From an uncultured Rikenella sp. (GTDB taxonomy: Bacteria > Bacteroidota > Bacteroidia > Bacteroidales > VadinHA17): DNA of 64,000 bases. The number at the start of each line of letters is the position of its first letter. Position 1 is the first letter of the stretch. The DNA lies in the NCBI GenBank assembly GCA_964537135.1, contig CAZHZC010000002.1:31700-95699 (forward strand), in the 5' to 3' direction. Under the pieces are notes generated by a model, which worked only from the letters and a program-made list of their open reading frames with translations, was not told the DNA's origin and did not search any database. Both the position numbers and the translations under genes were made by a program. Below, in pieces: positions 57,857 through 64,000 of this stretch.

Positions 57857-59181
57857 ATTGATGAGATACGGTTAACAAGGTTGTTATAGGCCTCCTGCAC
57901 CCTGATGTACAGCTGGTTGCCGGTACGCTTCAGGTTCCAGATTCTGAACCCGCCGATGGTACGTATCAGCAGCAGGAACCAGTTCCAGGCTACAATGCCG
58001 AGCACGGGAATGATAAGAAATATTGCGATAGCCAGCCACCACGGCCTTATGAATATCAGTGCCAGTATCAGGTAGAGAGGGCCGAAGATAAAGCTGAGAC
58101 CCAGAAAGAAGCCATACCTGGCGGTACTGATAAAGGCGGGGTCTTTTGACCTGACAGCCTGCCGGTAGGCTATCTGATAGGTGAGAATATTGAATGCGGC
58201 ACCTGCCAGGAAGAGGGGCAGGCCGGCCAGCAGCAGCAGTGACGAGAGGGTGAGCCACCCCAGCCGGTGGGCCTTTTTTCTGAGGTGACGGTAGGTGACA
58301 CCCATCTGCCGAGCACCATCCCTGACCATAAGAGTGGTCTCACATATATTGTGATAGCTGTCAGGGTCAGAGTGACGCAGCTCACCGAGCATCTCAATGA
58401 GTCTCTTGTCACGGAAGAGTCTCGGGTATCTTATACGGTCACTGTAGCGCTCATTGATGATTGTCCGCAGCTCATTGAGCGCCTCATAGTTCTCATCATC
58501 ATCAATATGTACCATCACCTTCTTCATCTCAACAGAGATGCGGTCACGCAGTGCGGTGATCGCCTTCACCGGACTCTCACGGTAGGCATCATAATATTCT
58601 GACACATTGACGGGGCGGCCGTAAACCACGGTGAGCACCTGCCTGAAGTGCCAGTAGTGTGAATAGTCGAGTCCTACCGGTACGATATTGACCTCAGTGC
58701 CATACTCCAGTGCCTCGGCTGTCTGGAAGGCTATACGGCAGATACCCTTCTTCAGCTGTCTCAGTCTTCGGTAGGTGGCGTGGTTACCCTCAGGCAGTAT
58801 CACCACCCCGTTGCGGTTCTGCATCACCCTGAGGGTGTCACGGAAGGTCTCCTCATTGAGCTTCACCGCCTCGATGCCATCCCTGATACGGTAGATGGGA
58901 AGTATCTTGAGGAAATAGAGGATTCGTGCTACCAGTCTCTTGCGGAAGATATCGGCCCTGGCCAGGAAGACCAGCTGCCGGTTGAGGGTGCAGATTACCG
59001 CCATGGCATCCATCAGTGCATTCTGGTGGTTAGGCGCCAGTATGGTAGGAACGGAGAAGTCGAGAGCATCTCTGCCCAGTACAATTACCTTCCGGTAGAA
59101 GATGGTGTTGTGCCAGAAATGAACGTACCTTTTCAGTAGTTGATAACCGACATCATATTTTTCAATATTATCCTTACCCAT
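57853..59181 (-). CDS. lysophospholipid/glycerol-3-phosphate acyltransferase-family protein with C-terminal TM domain
   Basis: HX4D motif APNHQNALMDA, VILPEGNH block, and 3-4 C-terminal TMs. ATG 59181 (MGKDNIEKY...) preferred over TTG 59208. Confidence 0.8.
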   Translation of the reverse strand: MGKDNIEKYDVGYQLLKRYVHFWHNTIFYRKVIVLGRDALDFSVPTILAPNHQNALMDAMAVICTLNRQLVFLARADIFRKRLVARILYFLKILPIYRIRDGIEAVKLNEETFRDTLRVMQNRNGVVILPEGNHATYRRLRQLKKGICRIAFQTAEALEYGTEVNIVPVGLDYSHYWHFRQVLTVVYGRPVNVSEYYDAYRESPVKAITALRDRISVEMKKVMVHIDDDENYEALNELRTIINERYSDRIRYPRLFRDKRLIEMLGELRHSDPDSYHNICETTLMVRDGARQMGVTYRHLRKKAHRLGWLTLSSLLLLAGLPLFLAGAAFNILTYQIAYRQAVRSKDPAFISTARYGFFLGLSFIFGPLYLILALIFIRPWWLAIAIFLIIPVLGIVAWNWFLLLIRTIGGFRIWNLKRTGNQLYIRVQEAYNNLVNRISSI

Positions 59182-59349
59182 TAAAAGAGCCGTTGCACCT
59201 TCCGACAATAGGTTACCTCAGGCTGTGACCTGATAACGGTGGTGAAGTTAAAAAAAGTTTTATGCCAGCCATCAGATATCCTGTAGTTTAATGTTCACAC
59301 CCTCACTTTTAGGTATTTGTACTACCCTGTTGCGGCATAGGGGTGCCGC

Positions 59350-59727
59350 TTATGAGAGGAAGTCATCGAGCTCCCTCCGTTCACGCTTTGTTGGGCGTCC
59401 GCTTCCCCGTCTGCGGTACCCGCCGGCCATCCTGCCTGCCTCCAGCTTCTCACGCTCCTCCTGCGGTGTTATGTCACTCATATATTGGGGTACCAGAGCG
59501 GCTCCCACCCTCCCTTTTGGTAATGCCACCACCTGGTAGCTGTAGGTCACCGGTGGCTTTCTGACGGTGATGGTCATCCCTGCCATGATGGGTGATGCGG
59601 CTCTCAGCACCCTGTCGCCCGCCATCACCCTGCCTTTACGGCACTCATCGGTAGCCACTGTCCGTGACTTGTAGACCCTGACATACCAGAGGAATTTGTC
59701 AATGCGTATCTCACTCTCCTCCGTCAT
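59350..59727 (-). CDS. RNA-binding S4-domain protein (Hsp15-like)
   Basis: IRIDKFLWYVRVYKSRTVATDECRKGRVMAGDRVLRAASPI S4 fold. Overlaps the pth 3' end by 17 nt. Confidence 0.8.
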   Translation of the reverse strand: MTEESEIRIDKFLWYVRVYKSRTVATDECRKGRVMAGDRVLRAASPIMAGMTITVRKPPVTYSYQVVALPKGRVGAALVPQYMSDITPQEEREKLEAGRMAGGYRRRGSGRPTKRERRELDDFLS

Positions 59728-60304
59728 CGCTGATCATCTTGCCCCGCCTGTTGTAGGCTGTCATGGTGAGCTCACATCCGGCGGTGACAAATGATTGTAT
59801 CATCTCCAGTGCCAGTGGTATTCGTCTTTTGATGAGTGCCAGCTCATCACTCTCCCATTCGCCCAGCACCCAGTTCACCTGGTGGCCTCTGGTAAAATCA
59901 CCGGCAATACCGATACGGAGTCGTGCAAACTGGTCTGTCCCCAGCGCCTCGCTGATGCTTGTCAGTCCGTTATGGCCTCCTGCCCCTCCGCCCGGGCGCA
60001 GCCGTATACTGCCTGTGGGCAGTGCCAGGTCATCGGTTATCACCAGCAGCCGCTCCAGGTCAATCTTCTCACGGCGCATCCAGTACCTGACTGCATTGCC
60101 GCTGCGGTTCATCAGGGTAGAGGGTTTGAGCAGTATCAGTCCGGCATTCTTGTGCCGCACCGTGGTGACCCATCCGTAGCGGCGGTCATTAAAAGAGGCG
60201 GCCGAGGCTGCAGCAGCAGCATCGACCACCATAAACCCTACATTATGACGTGTGTTAGTATATGCGTCACCCACATTGCCCAGTCCTGTGACAAGATACT
60301 TCAT
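59711..60304 (-). CDS. pth: peptidyl-tRNA hydrolase
   Basis: MKYLVTGLGNVGDAYTNTRHNVGFMVVD...DDLALPTGSIRLRPGGGAGGHNGL. Confidence 0.96.
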   Translation of the reverse strand: MKYLVTGLGNVGDAYTNTRHNVGFMVVDAAAAASAASFNDRRYGWVTTVRHKNAGLILLKPSTLMNRSGNAVRYWMRREKIDLERLLVITDDLALPTGSIRLRPGGGAGGHNGLTSISEALGTDQFARLRIGIAGDFTRGHQVNWVLGEWESDELALIKRRIPLALEMIQSFVTAGCELTMTAYNRRGKMISDDGGE

Positions 60305-60321
60305 CACCTGTCATGGCCTGC

Positions 60322-60960
60322 TTACTCGTTCTGTGTGGCGGCTGTCTCCTCACCGCCCTCTTCAGCTGTCCCTTCCTCTTCACCTTCCACACTCTCCTCC
60401 TCTTCACTCTTGACTGCCACCCTGGATACATCTACCGAGATGACCTGTGCACGTTTGTTGTCGAGTATTTCGAGGTTGTCAAGCCTGATATCACCTACAC
60501 GTATGGCGTGTCCGATAGCCAGCTTACTGATATTGAGGGTGAGGTAGTCAGGGAGGTGCTCAAGAAGACCTTTGACTCTCAGCTTCCTGCGCTTGATGCG
60601 CAGCTTACCTCCCGCCTTAACCCCGACAGAGTCACCGGTGATTCTTACCGGCAGCTCAATAATTACCGGCTTATCGGGAGAGACCTGTATGAAGTCTATA
60701 TGGAGGGGCTTGTCGGTCACCGGATGGAACTGCACCTCCTTCATTACGGCGGTGTGGCTGGTGCCATCAATGACCAGGTTAATGATATAGACATCAGGTG
60801 TGTAGATCAGCGGACGGAACACATTCTCATGAGCATGAAAATGGAGGATCTTCTCTCCACCGTACATCACACATGGTACATTACCCTTTGCCCTCAGGCT
60901 GTTGGTGCTTTTTTTGCCGCACTCGCTGCGTGAGTCGGCATTGACAGTGATACTCTTCAT
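60322..60960 (-). CDS. rplY: 50S ribosomal protein L25 / general stress protein Ctc
   Basis: ATG 60960 gives MKSITVNADSRSECGKKSTNSLRAKGNVPCVMYGGEK...QFHPVTDKPLHIDF, with an acidic C-terminal tail. Confidence 0.93.
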   Translation of the reverse strand: MKSITVNADSRSECGKKSTNSLRAKGNVPCVMYGGEKILHFHAHENVFRPLIYTPDVYIINLVIDGTSHTAVMKEVQFHPVTDKPLHIDFIQVSPDKPVIIELPVRITGDSVGVKAGGKLRIKRRKLRVKGLLEHLPDYLTLNISKLAIGHAIRVGDIRLDNLEILDNKRAQVISVDVSRVAVKSEEEESVEGEEEGTAEEGGEETAATQNE

Positions 60961-61047
60961 CACATTCTGGTTTGTTGTGCTACTCAAGGCTGATGCCACT
61001 CAACCTCCCATCACACGTTAGACGTTCATGTTGGAAAAAATGGCGTG

Positions 61048-61055
61048 CAAATATA
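61048..61055 (-). promoter_or_regulatory. -7 promoter box TATATTTG (minus strand) for rplY-pth-S4
   Basis: Plus strand CAAATATA is the reverse complement of TATATTTG. Lies 88 nt upstream of ATG 60960. Confidence 0.4.
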
Positions 61056-61065
61056 GTGAAAATGG

Positions 61066-62004
61066 TCAGAAAACAAAACCTGAATTGATTGAGGTGTTTG
61101 TATAGACCGCTCTTATTGCATTGGCAAAGATCTCACCTACGGAGAGCACCTTTATCTTGGGTGAGTGGCCATGATAGGGTACACTGTCTGTCACCACCAG
61201 CTCCTCAAGCGGTGAGGCGTCAATCTTTTCGATGGCATTGCCTGACAATATGGGGTGTGTGGCCACCGCCCTGACACTTAGTGCACCGCGGTCTTTCATC
61301 AGGGTAGCTGCAAAAGCCATGGTGCCGGCGGTATCAACCATATCATCAACGATGACCACATGGCGGTCTTCAACATCACCAATAACCGATATCTCCTCCA
61401 CCACGTTGGGCTTCTTCCTCAGCTTATAGCAGAGCACCAGCTCACACCCCAGGTGGCGGGCGTAGGCATTGGCTCTCTTTGACCCTCCCATATCGGGTGC
61501 CGAGACGGTCAGGTTGGGCAGGTTAAGGTTCCTGATATAGGGAGCAAAGAGGGCTGAGCCGAAGAGGTGGTCTACCGGTACATCAAAGAAGCCCTGTATC
61601 TGGTCAGCATGAAGGTCTATGGTAATGATACGGTCAACACCGGCCCTGGCAAGCATATCGGCGGTGAGCTTGGCGCCCAGTGAGACACGTGGCCTGTCCT
61701 TGCGGTCCTGACGGGCATAGCCGTAGTAGGGAATGACAGCGTTGATCTTGTAGGCAGAGGCTCTCTTGGCAGCATCGATCATCAGCAGCAGCTCCATAAG
61801 GTTCTCTGCGGGTGGGTTGGTAGACTGTATTATGAAGACGTGACAGCCGCGCACCGACTCATCTATACAAGGCTGAAACTCTCCGTCACTGAAGGTGAGC
61901 AGGGTGCTCCTGCCCAGCTCGACATCAAGGTTCTCGGCAATCTTTTCAGCAATGGTGAGTGATGAGGTACAGGAGAAGATCTTGAATGGAGCCCGGGCGG
62001 TCAT
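61066..62004 (-). CDS. prs: ribose-phosphate pyrophosphokinase
   Basis: 312 aa ...IPYYGYARQDRK...ITIDLHADQIQGFF...VIVDDMVDTAGT. Confidence 0.97.
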   Translation of the reverse strand: MTARAPFKIFSCTSSLTIAEKIAENLDVELGRSTLLTFSDGEFQPCIDESVRGCHVFIIQSTNPPAENLMELLLMIDAAKRASAYKINAVIPYYGYARQDRKDRPRVSLGAKLTADMLARAGVDRIITIDLHADQIQGFFDVPVDHLFGSALFAPYIRNLNLPNLTVSAPDMGGSKRANAYARHLGCELVLCYKLRKKPNVVEEISVIGDVEDRHVVIVDDMVDTAGTMAFAATLMKDRGALSVRAVATHPILSGNAIEKIDASPLEELVVTDSVPYHGHSPKIKVLSVGEIFANAIRAVYTNTSINSGFVF

Positions 62005-62041
62005 AGTGAGTTGGTTTAACAGGTTAGTAAAAATGATGTCT

Positions 62042-62049
62042 CAAAAATA
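62042..62049 (-). promoter_or_regulatory. -7 promoter box TATTTTTG (minus strand) for prs
   Basis: Plus strand CAAAAATA, 38 nt upstream of ATG 62004. Confidence 0.5.
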
Positions 62050-62064
62050 GTATAAAGGGTGTAA

Positions 62065-62673
62065 TCATATACCCCGTTTGAATAATATCATTGTCTCAGA
62101 GATGTAGCCTAGCAGGTCATCACGTCCGTTACCCTTCACTGCGGAGGTGACAAAGGTGGGTGGCAGGCTCTCCCAGTTGCGCAGCATCACCCTGTCATAG
62201 AGGGTGATATTCTTTTCGGCCGTTGCTGCCGACAGTTTATCGATCTTGGTGAAGACTCTGGCGAAGGGTACCCCCTGCAGGGCTGCCCTCTCCATAAACT
62301 CAAGGTCAGAGGCTACCGGCTCATGCCTGGAGTCTATCAGCACGAAGAGTGAGATAAGGTTCTCACGCCTGGTCATATAGGCTGTGATGAGCCGGTCCCA
62401 CTCATTGCGCCTCTCCCGTGAGACACGGGCATAGCCGTAGCCGGGCAGATCGACAATATACCACTGCTCATTGATGATGAAGTGGTTAACCGTCTGTGTC
62501 TTGCCGGGGTGACCTGAGGTCTTTGCCAGTCCTCTCTCGCCCACCAGCATATTTATCAGTGATGACTTGCCCACATTTGACCTGCCTATGAAGGCATATT
62601 CCGGAAGGTCAGGTGCCGGCATACGGCCCATAGTGACACTGCTGGTGACATAGGAGGCCGATTTGATGATCAT
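62065..62673 (-). CDS. engB: ribosome biogenesis GTP-binding protein YihA/EngB
   Basis: FIGRSNVGKSSLIN (G1), DLPGYGYA (G3), TKIDK (G4). ATGA overlap with the upstream thioesterase gene. Confidence 0.93.
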   Translation of the reverse strand: MIIKSASYVTSSVTMGRMPAPDLPEYAFIGRSNVGKSSLINMLVGERGLAKTSGHPGKTQTVNHFIINEQWYIVDLPGYGYARVSRERRNEWDRLITAYMTRRENLISLFVLIDSRHEPVASDLEFMERAALQGVPFARVFTKIDKLSAATAEKNITLYDRVMLRNWESLPPTFVTSAVKGNGRDDLLGYISETMILFKRGI

Positions 62674-63059
62674 TGCCTTCCAAGCTTCTCAAGGAAGCTC
62701 TGGTTATCTATGATATATCTTTCGTGATAGCCTTCACCTATCGTACCCTCATCATCACTGGCCTCCACATGGAAGAGCAGCCTGTTGCCATTAACCTCCT
62801 GCAGGGTGGCGGTACAGGTGACTGTTCTGCCTACGGGGGTGGGCTTGACATGTTTAATATTTACCAGGGTGCCGACGGTACCTTCGCCTGTATTAAGGCA
62901 GGCCTCTACGGTCTTCATGGCGGTCTGCTCCATGAATGCTATCATACCTGGTGTTGAGAGAACATTGTGCAGGCCTGACCCGTATGTAGCGGCAGTATCT
63001 TTACCCTCTACCGTCATGGTGTTTGTGAGCCGCAGGCCCGGAGTGATTGTTTTTGACAT
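62670..63059 (-). CDS. hotdog-fold thioesterase family protein
   Basis: 129 aa ...YGSGLHNVLSTPGMIAFMEQTAMK...GTLVNIKHVKPTPVG...ATLQEVNGNRLLFHVEA..., resembling the fluoroacetyl-CoA-thioesterase-like subfamily. Confidence 0.7.
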   Translation of the reverse strand: MSKTITPGLRLTNTMTVEGKDTAATYGSGLHNVLSTPGMIAFMEQTAMKTVEACLNTGEGTVGTLVNIKHVKPTPVGRTVTCTATLQEVNGNRLLFHVEASDDEGTIGEGYHERYIIDNQSFLEKLGRQ

Positions 63060-63066
63060 GGTTTAC

Positions 63067-63855
63067 TTAGTTTAAATCTTTATATGGTAGTGGTATGGCC
63101 AGGCGGTAGTAGAGCCTGTTGCCATACGGCGTGAGGTATGAGCCGATCACCACCACCGAATCGGCATGATGATCAGGTGTCTTCTTCAGGTCAAGGTATC
63201 CGGTGGTGGCTGTCTGCAGCAGCAGCAGCATCGAGTCGATATTAACCACACCATCAATATAGTCGCCACGGTAGAACCGTCCCTTCTCCGCCAGGTTTGA
63301 GAACTCGGCATAGATCTTATAGAGACCTCTCTCCCTGTAGCGGTCTTCCACGCGGTAGGTGAGTGAGGGGTAGTCTGTCACCTTCTCACCGTTGATGGTA
63401 TACTCCTCCAGCCCGGGGTACCGTTTGCCGTCGTTATAGCTGAGCCTGGCCTTTACACGGCCGCTCTTGTAGTACTGTATCTGGTCACCGTGTATGGTGT
63501 CATTGACAAAGGGGGTTGACCGGAACAGCTTCCCGTCGGGGTAGTACCAGGTGGCATCGCCGTTCTTTTTGTCGCCTGAGTAGGGTATCTCCTGCTCCAG
63601 GGCCCCTCCCTTGTAGTAGGTGCGTGTCATCCCCTCACGCAGGCCGTTCTTGTAGGTGATCTCCTTCAGCTTGATGTTGTCTCTGATGACATATTTCACT
63701 CCTGTATAGCCGGTGTCAGGCTGGTGGCGCTCACGGCCACGGCGACTCTCATCACTGCCGGTGCCGCCGCAGGCGGTGATCATCAGGGTGATCATCAGGG
63801 TGATAGCTATGATTGGTAGTCTCATGTCTGCTTTTCTCATGTCTGCTTTTCTCAT
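63067..63855 (-). CDS. MORN-repeat-variant (YwqK-like) lipoprotein
   Basis: Lipobox ...LMITACGG. Repeated YKNGLREG...YYKGG...YSGDKKNGDATWYYPDGK...VNDTIHGDQIQYYKSGR units. Three in-frame ATGs at 63855, 63840 and 63825; 63825 alone already gives a normal lipoprotein signal. Confidence 0.75.
   Translation of the reverse strand: MRKADMRKADMRLPIIAITLMITLMITACGGTGSDESRRGRERHQPDTGYTGVKYVIRDNIKLKEITYKNGLREGMTRTYYKGGALEQEIPYSGDKKNGDATWYYPDGKLFRSTPFVNDTIHGDQIQYYKSGRVKARLSYNDGKRYPGLEEYTINGEKVTDYPSLTYRVEDRYRERGLYKIYAEFSNLAEKGRFYRGDYIDGVVNIDSMLLLLQTATTGYLDLKKTPDHHADSVVVIGSYLTPYGNRLYYRLAIPLPYKDLN
63776..63805. repeat. 12-bp in-frame tandem repeat GTGATCATCAGG x2.5 in the signal peptide of the MORN gene
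   Basis: Units at 63776, 63788 and a partial at 63800. Encodes ITLMITLMIT. Confidence 0.85.
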
Positions 63856-63887
63856 TTCTGCTCCTCTTGTTTCTGCTCCTCTTGTTA
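63821..63887. repeat. 15-bp tandem repeat x4.4 covering the MORN gene start codons and the whole upstream spacer
   Basis: CTCATGTCTGCTTTT x2 (63821, 63836), CTCATTTCTGCTCCT (63851), CTTGTTTCTGCTCCT (63866), and partial CTTGTTA ending in the upstream gene's stop (63885-63887). Confidence 0.88.
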
Positions 63888-64000
63888 TGGAATAAATATT
63901 TCAAGCAGCCTGGCAGTGCCACGTGGTATTATTGCCACGCTCTCTGCCGAGGCAGGAATAAGTAGTGTCTCACCCGCCTCTATCTCCTCACTCTGACCGT
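63885..64000 (-). CDS. 3' end of a CDS continuing beyond the window (possibly cupin-type sugar isomerase)
   Basis: My own translation of the minus strand: ...GQSEEIEAGETLLIPASAESVAIIPRGTARLLEIFIP*, stop TAA 63887-63885. The GETLLIPA... ending resembles class I mannose-6-phosphate isomerase C-termini. Weak evidence. Confidence 0.35.
   Translation of the reverse strand, partial: GQSEEIEAGETLLIPASAESVAIIPRGTARLLEIFIP

Noticed and set aside
59795-60933. Plus-strand ORFs 59795-60547 (250 aa) and 60313-60933 (206 aa).
   Set aside because: They are antisense to pth and rplY, which have unambiguous signatures. They are shadow ORFs.

Overview
This window is a chromosomal core region of a Bacteroidota (Bacteroidales-like) genome. 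The phylum call rests on five observations: TAnnTTTG -7 promoter boxes in front of most operons, near-absence of Shine-Dalgarno sequences, a SusC-like TonB-dependent receptor, a T9SS-type C-terminal sorting domain, and an ssb-gldE-gldD block. Layout: (1) 1-11001 is a tightly packed cluster of unknown function: ABC ATPase, two odd membrane proteins, a SusD-less TonB-dependent receptor, a lipoprotein, a second beta-barrel, and a secreted gingipain-like/HEAT protein. (2) 11088-13244 is an EF-G paralogue with degenerate GTPase motifs, transcribed divergently from block 3. (3) 13713-31683 is the complete str-S10-spc-alpha ribosomal superoperon, 33 genes from rpsL to rplQ including fusA, secY, map, infA and rpoA. 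rpmD and rpmJ are real genes but are missing from the ORF track. (4) 31781-64000 is mostly housekeeping: eno, a UbiD-family decarboxylase, a PP2C phosphatase, a hybrid sensor kinase, hisS, an ECF sigma operon, ychF, an M14 carboxypeptidase, an AlkP-family enzyme, a GGGP-synthase-like gene plus PPTase, gldD/gldE/ssb, HU, RNase G, an M19 dipeptidase, an acyltransferase-SDR-VOC operon, rplY-pth-S4 domain gene, prs and engB. I found no rRNA, tRNA, CRISPR array, transposase/integrase or recognisable defence system. The most unusual sequence-level signal is a set of more than ten short tandem-repeat arrays (12-33 bp units), six of which sit on or next to start or stop codons. I do not see one unambiguous novel system. 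The best candidates are the 1-11001 cluster, the gene-boundary repeat phenomenon, and the smaller oddities listed in the findings.
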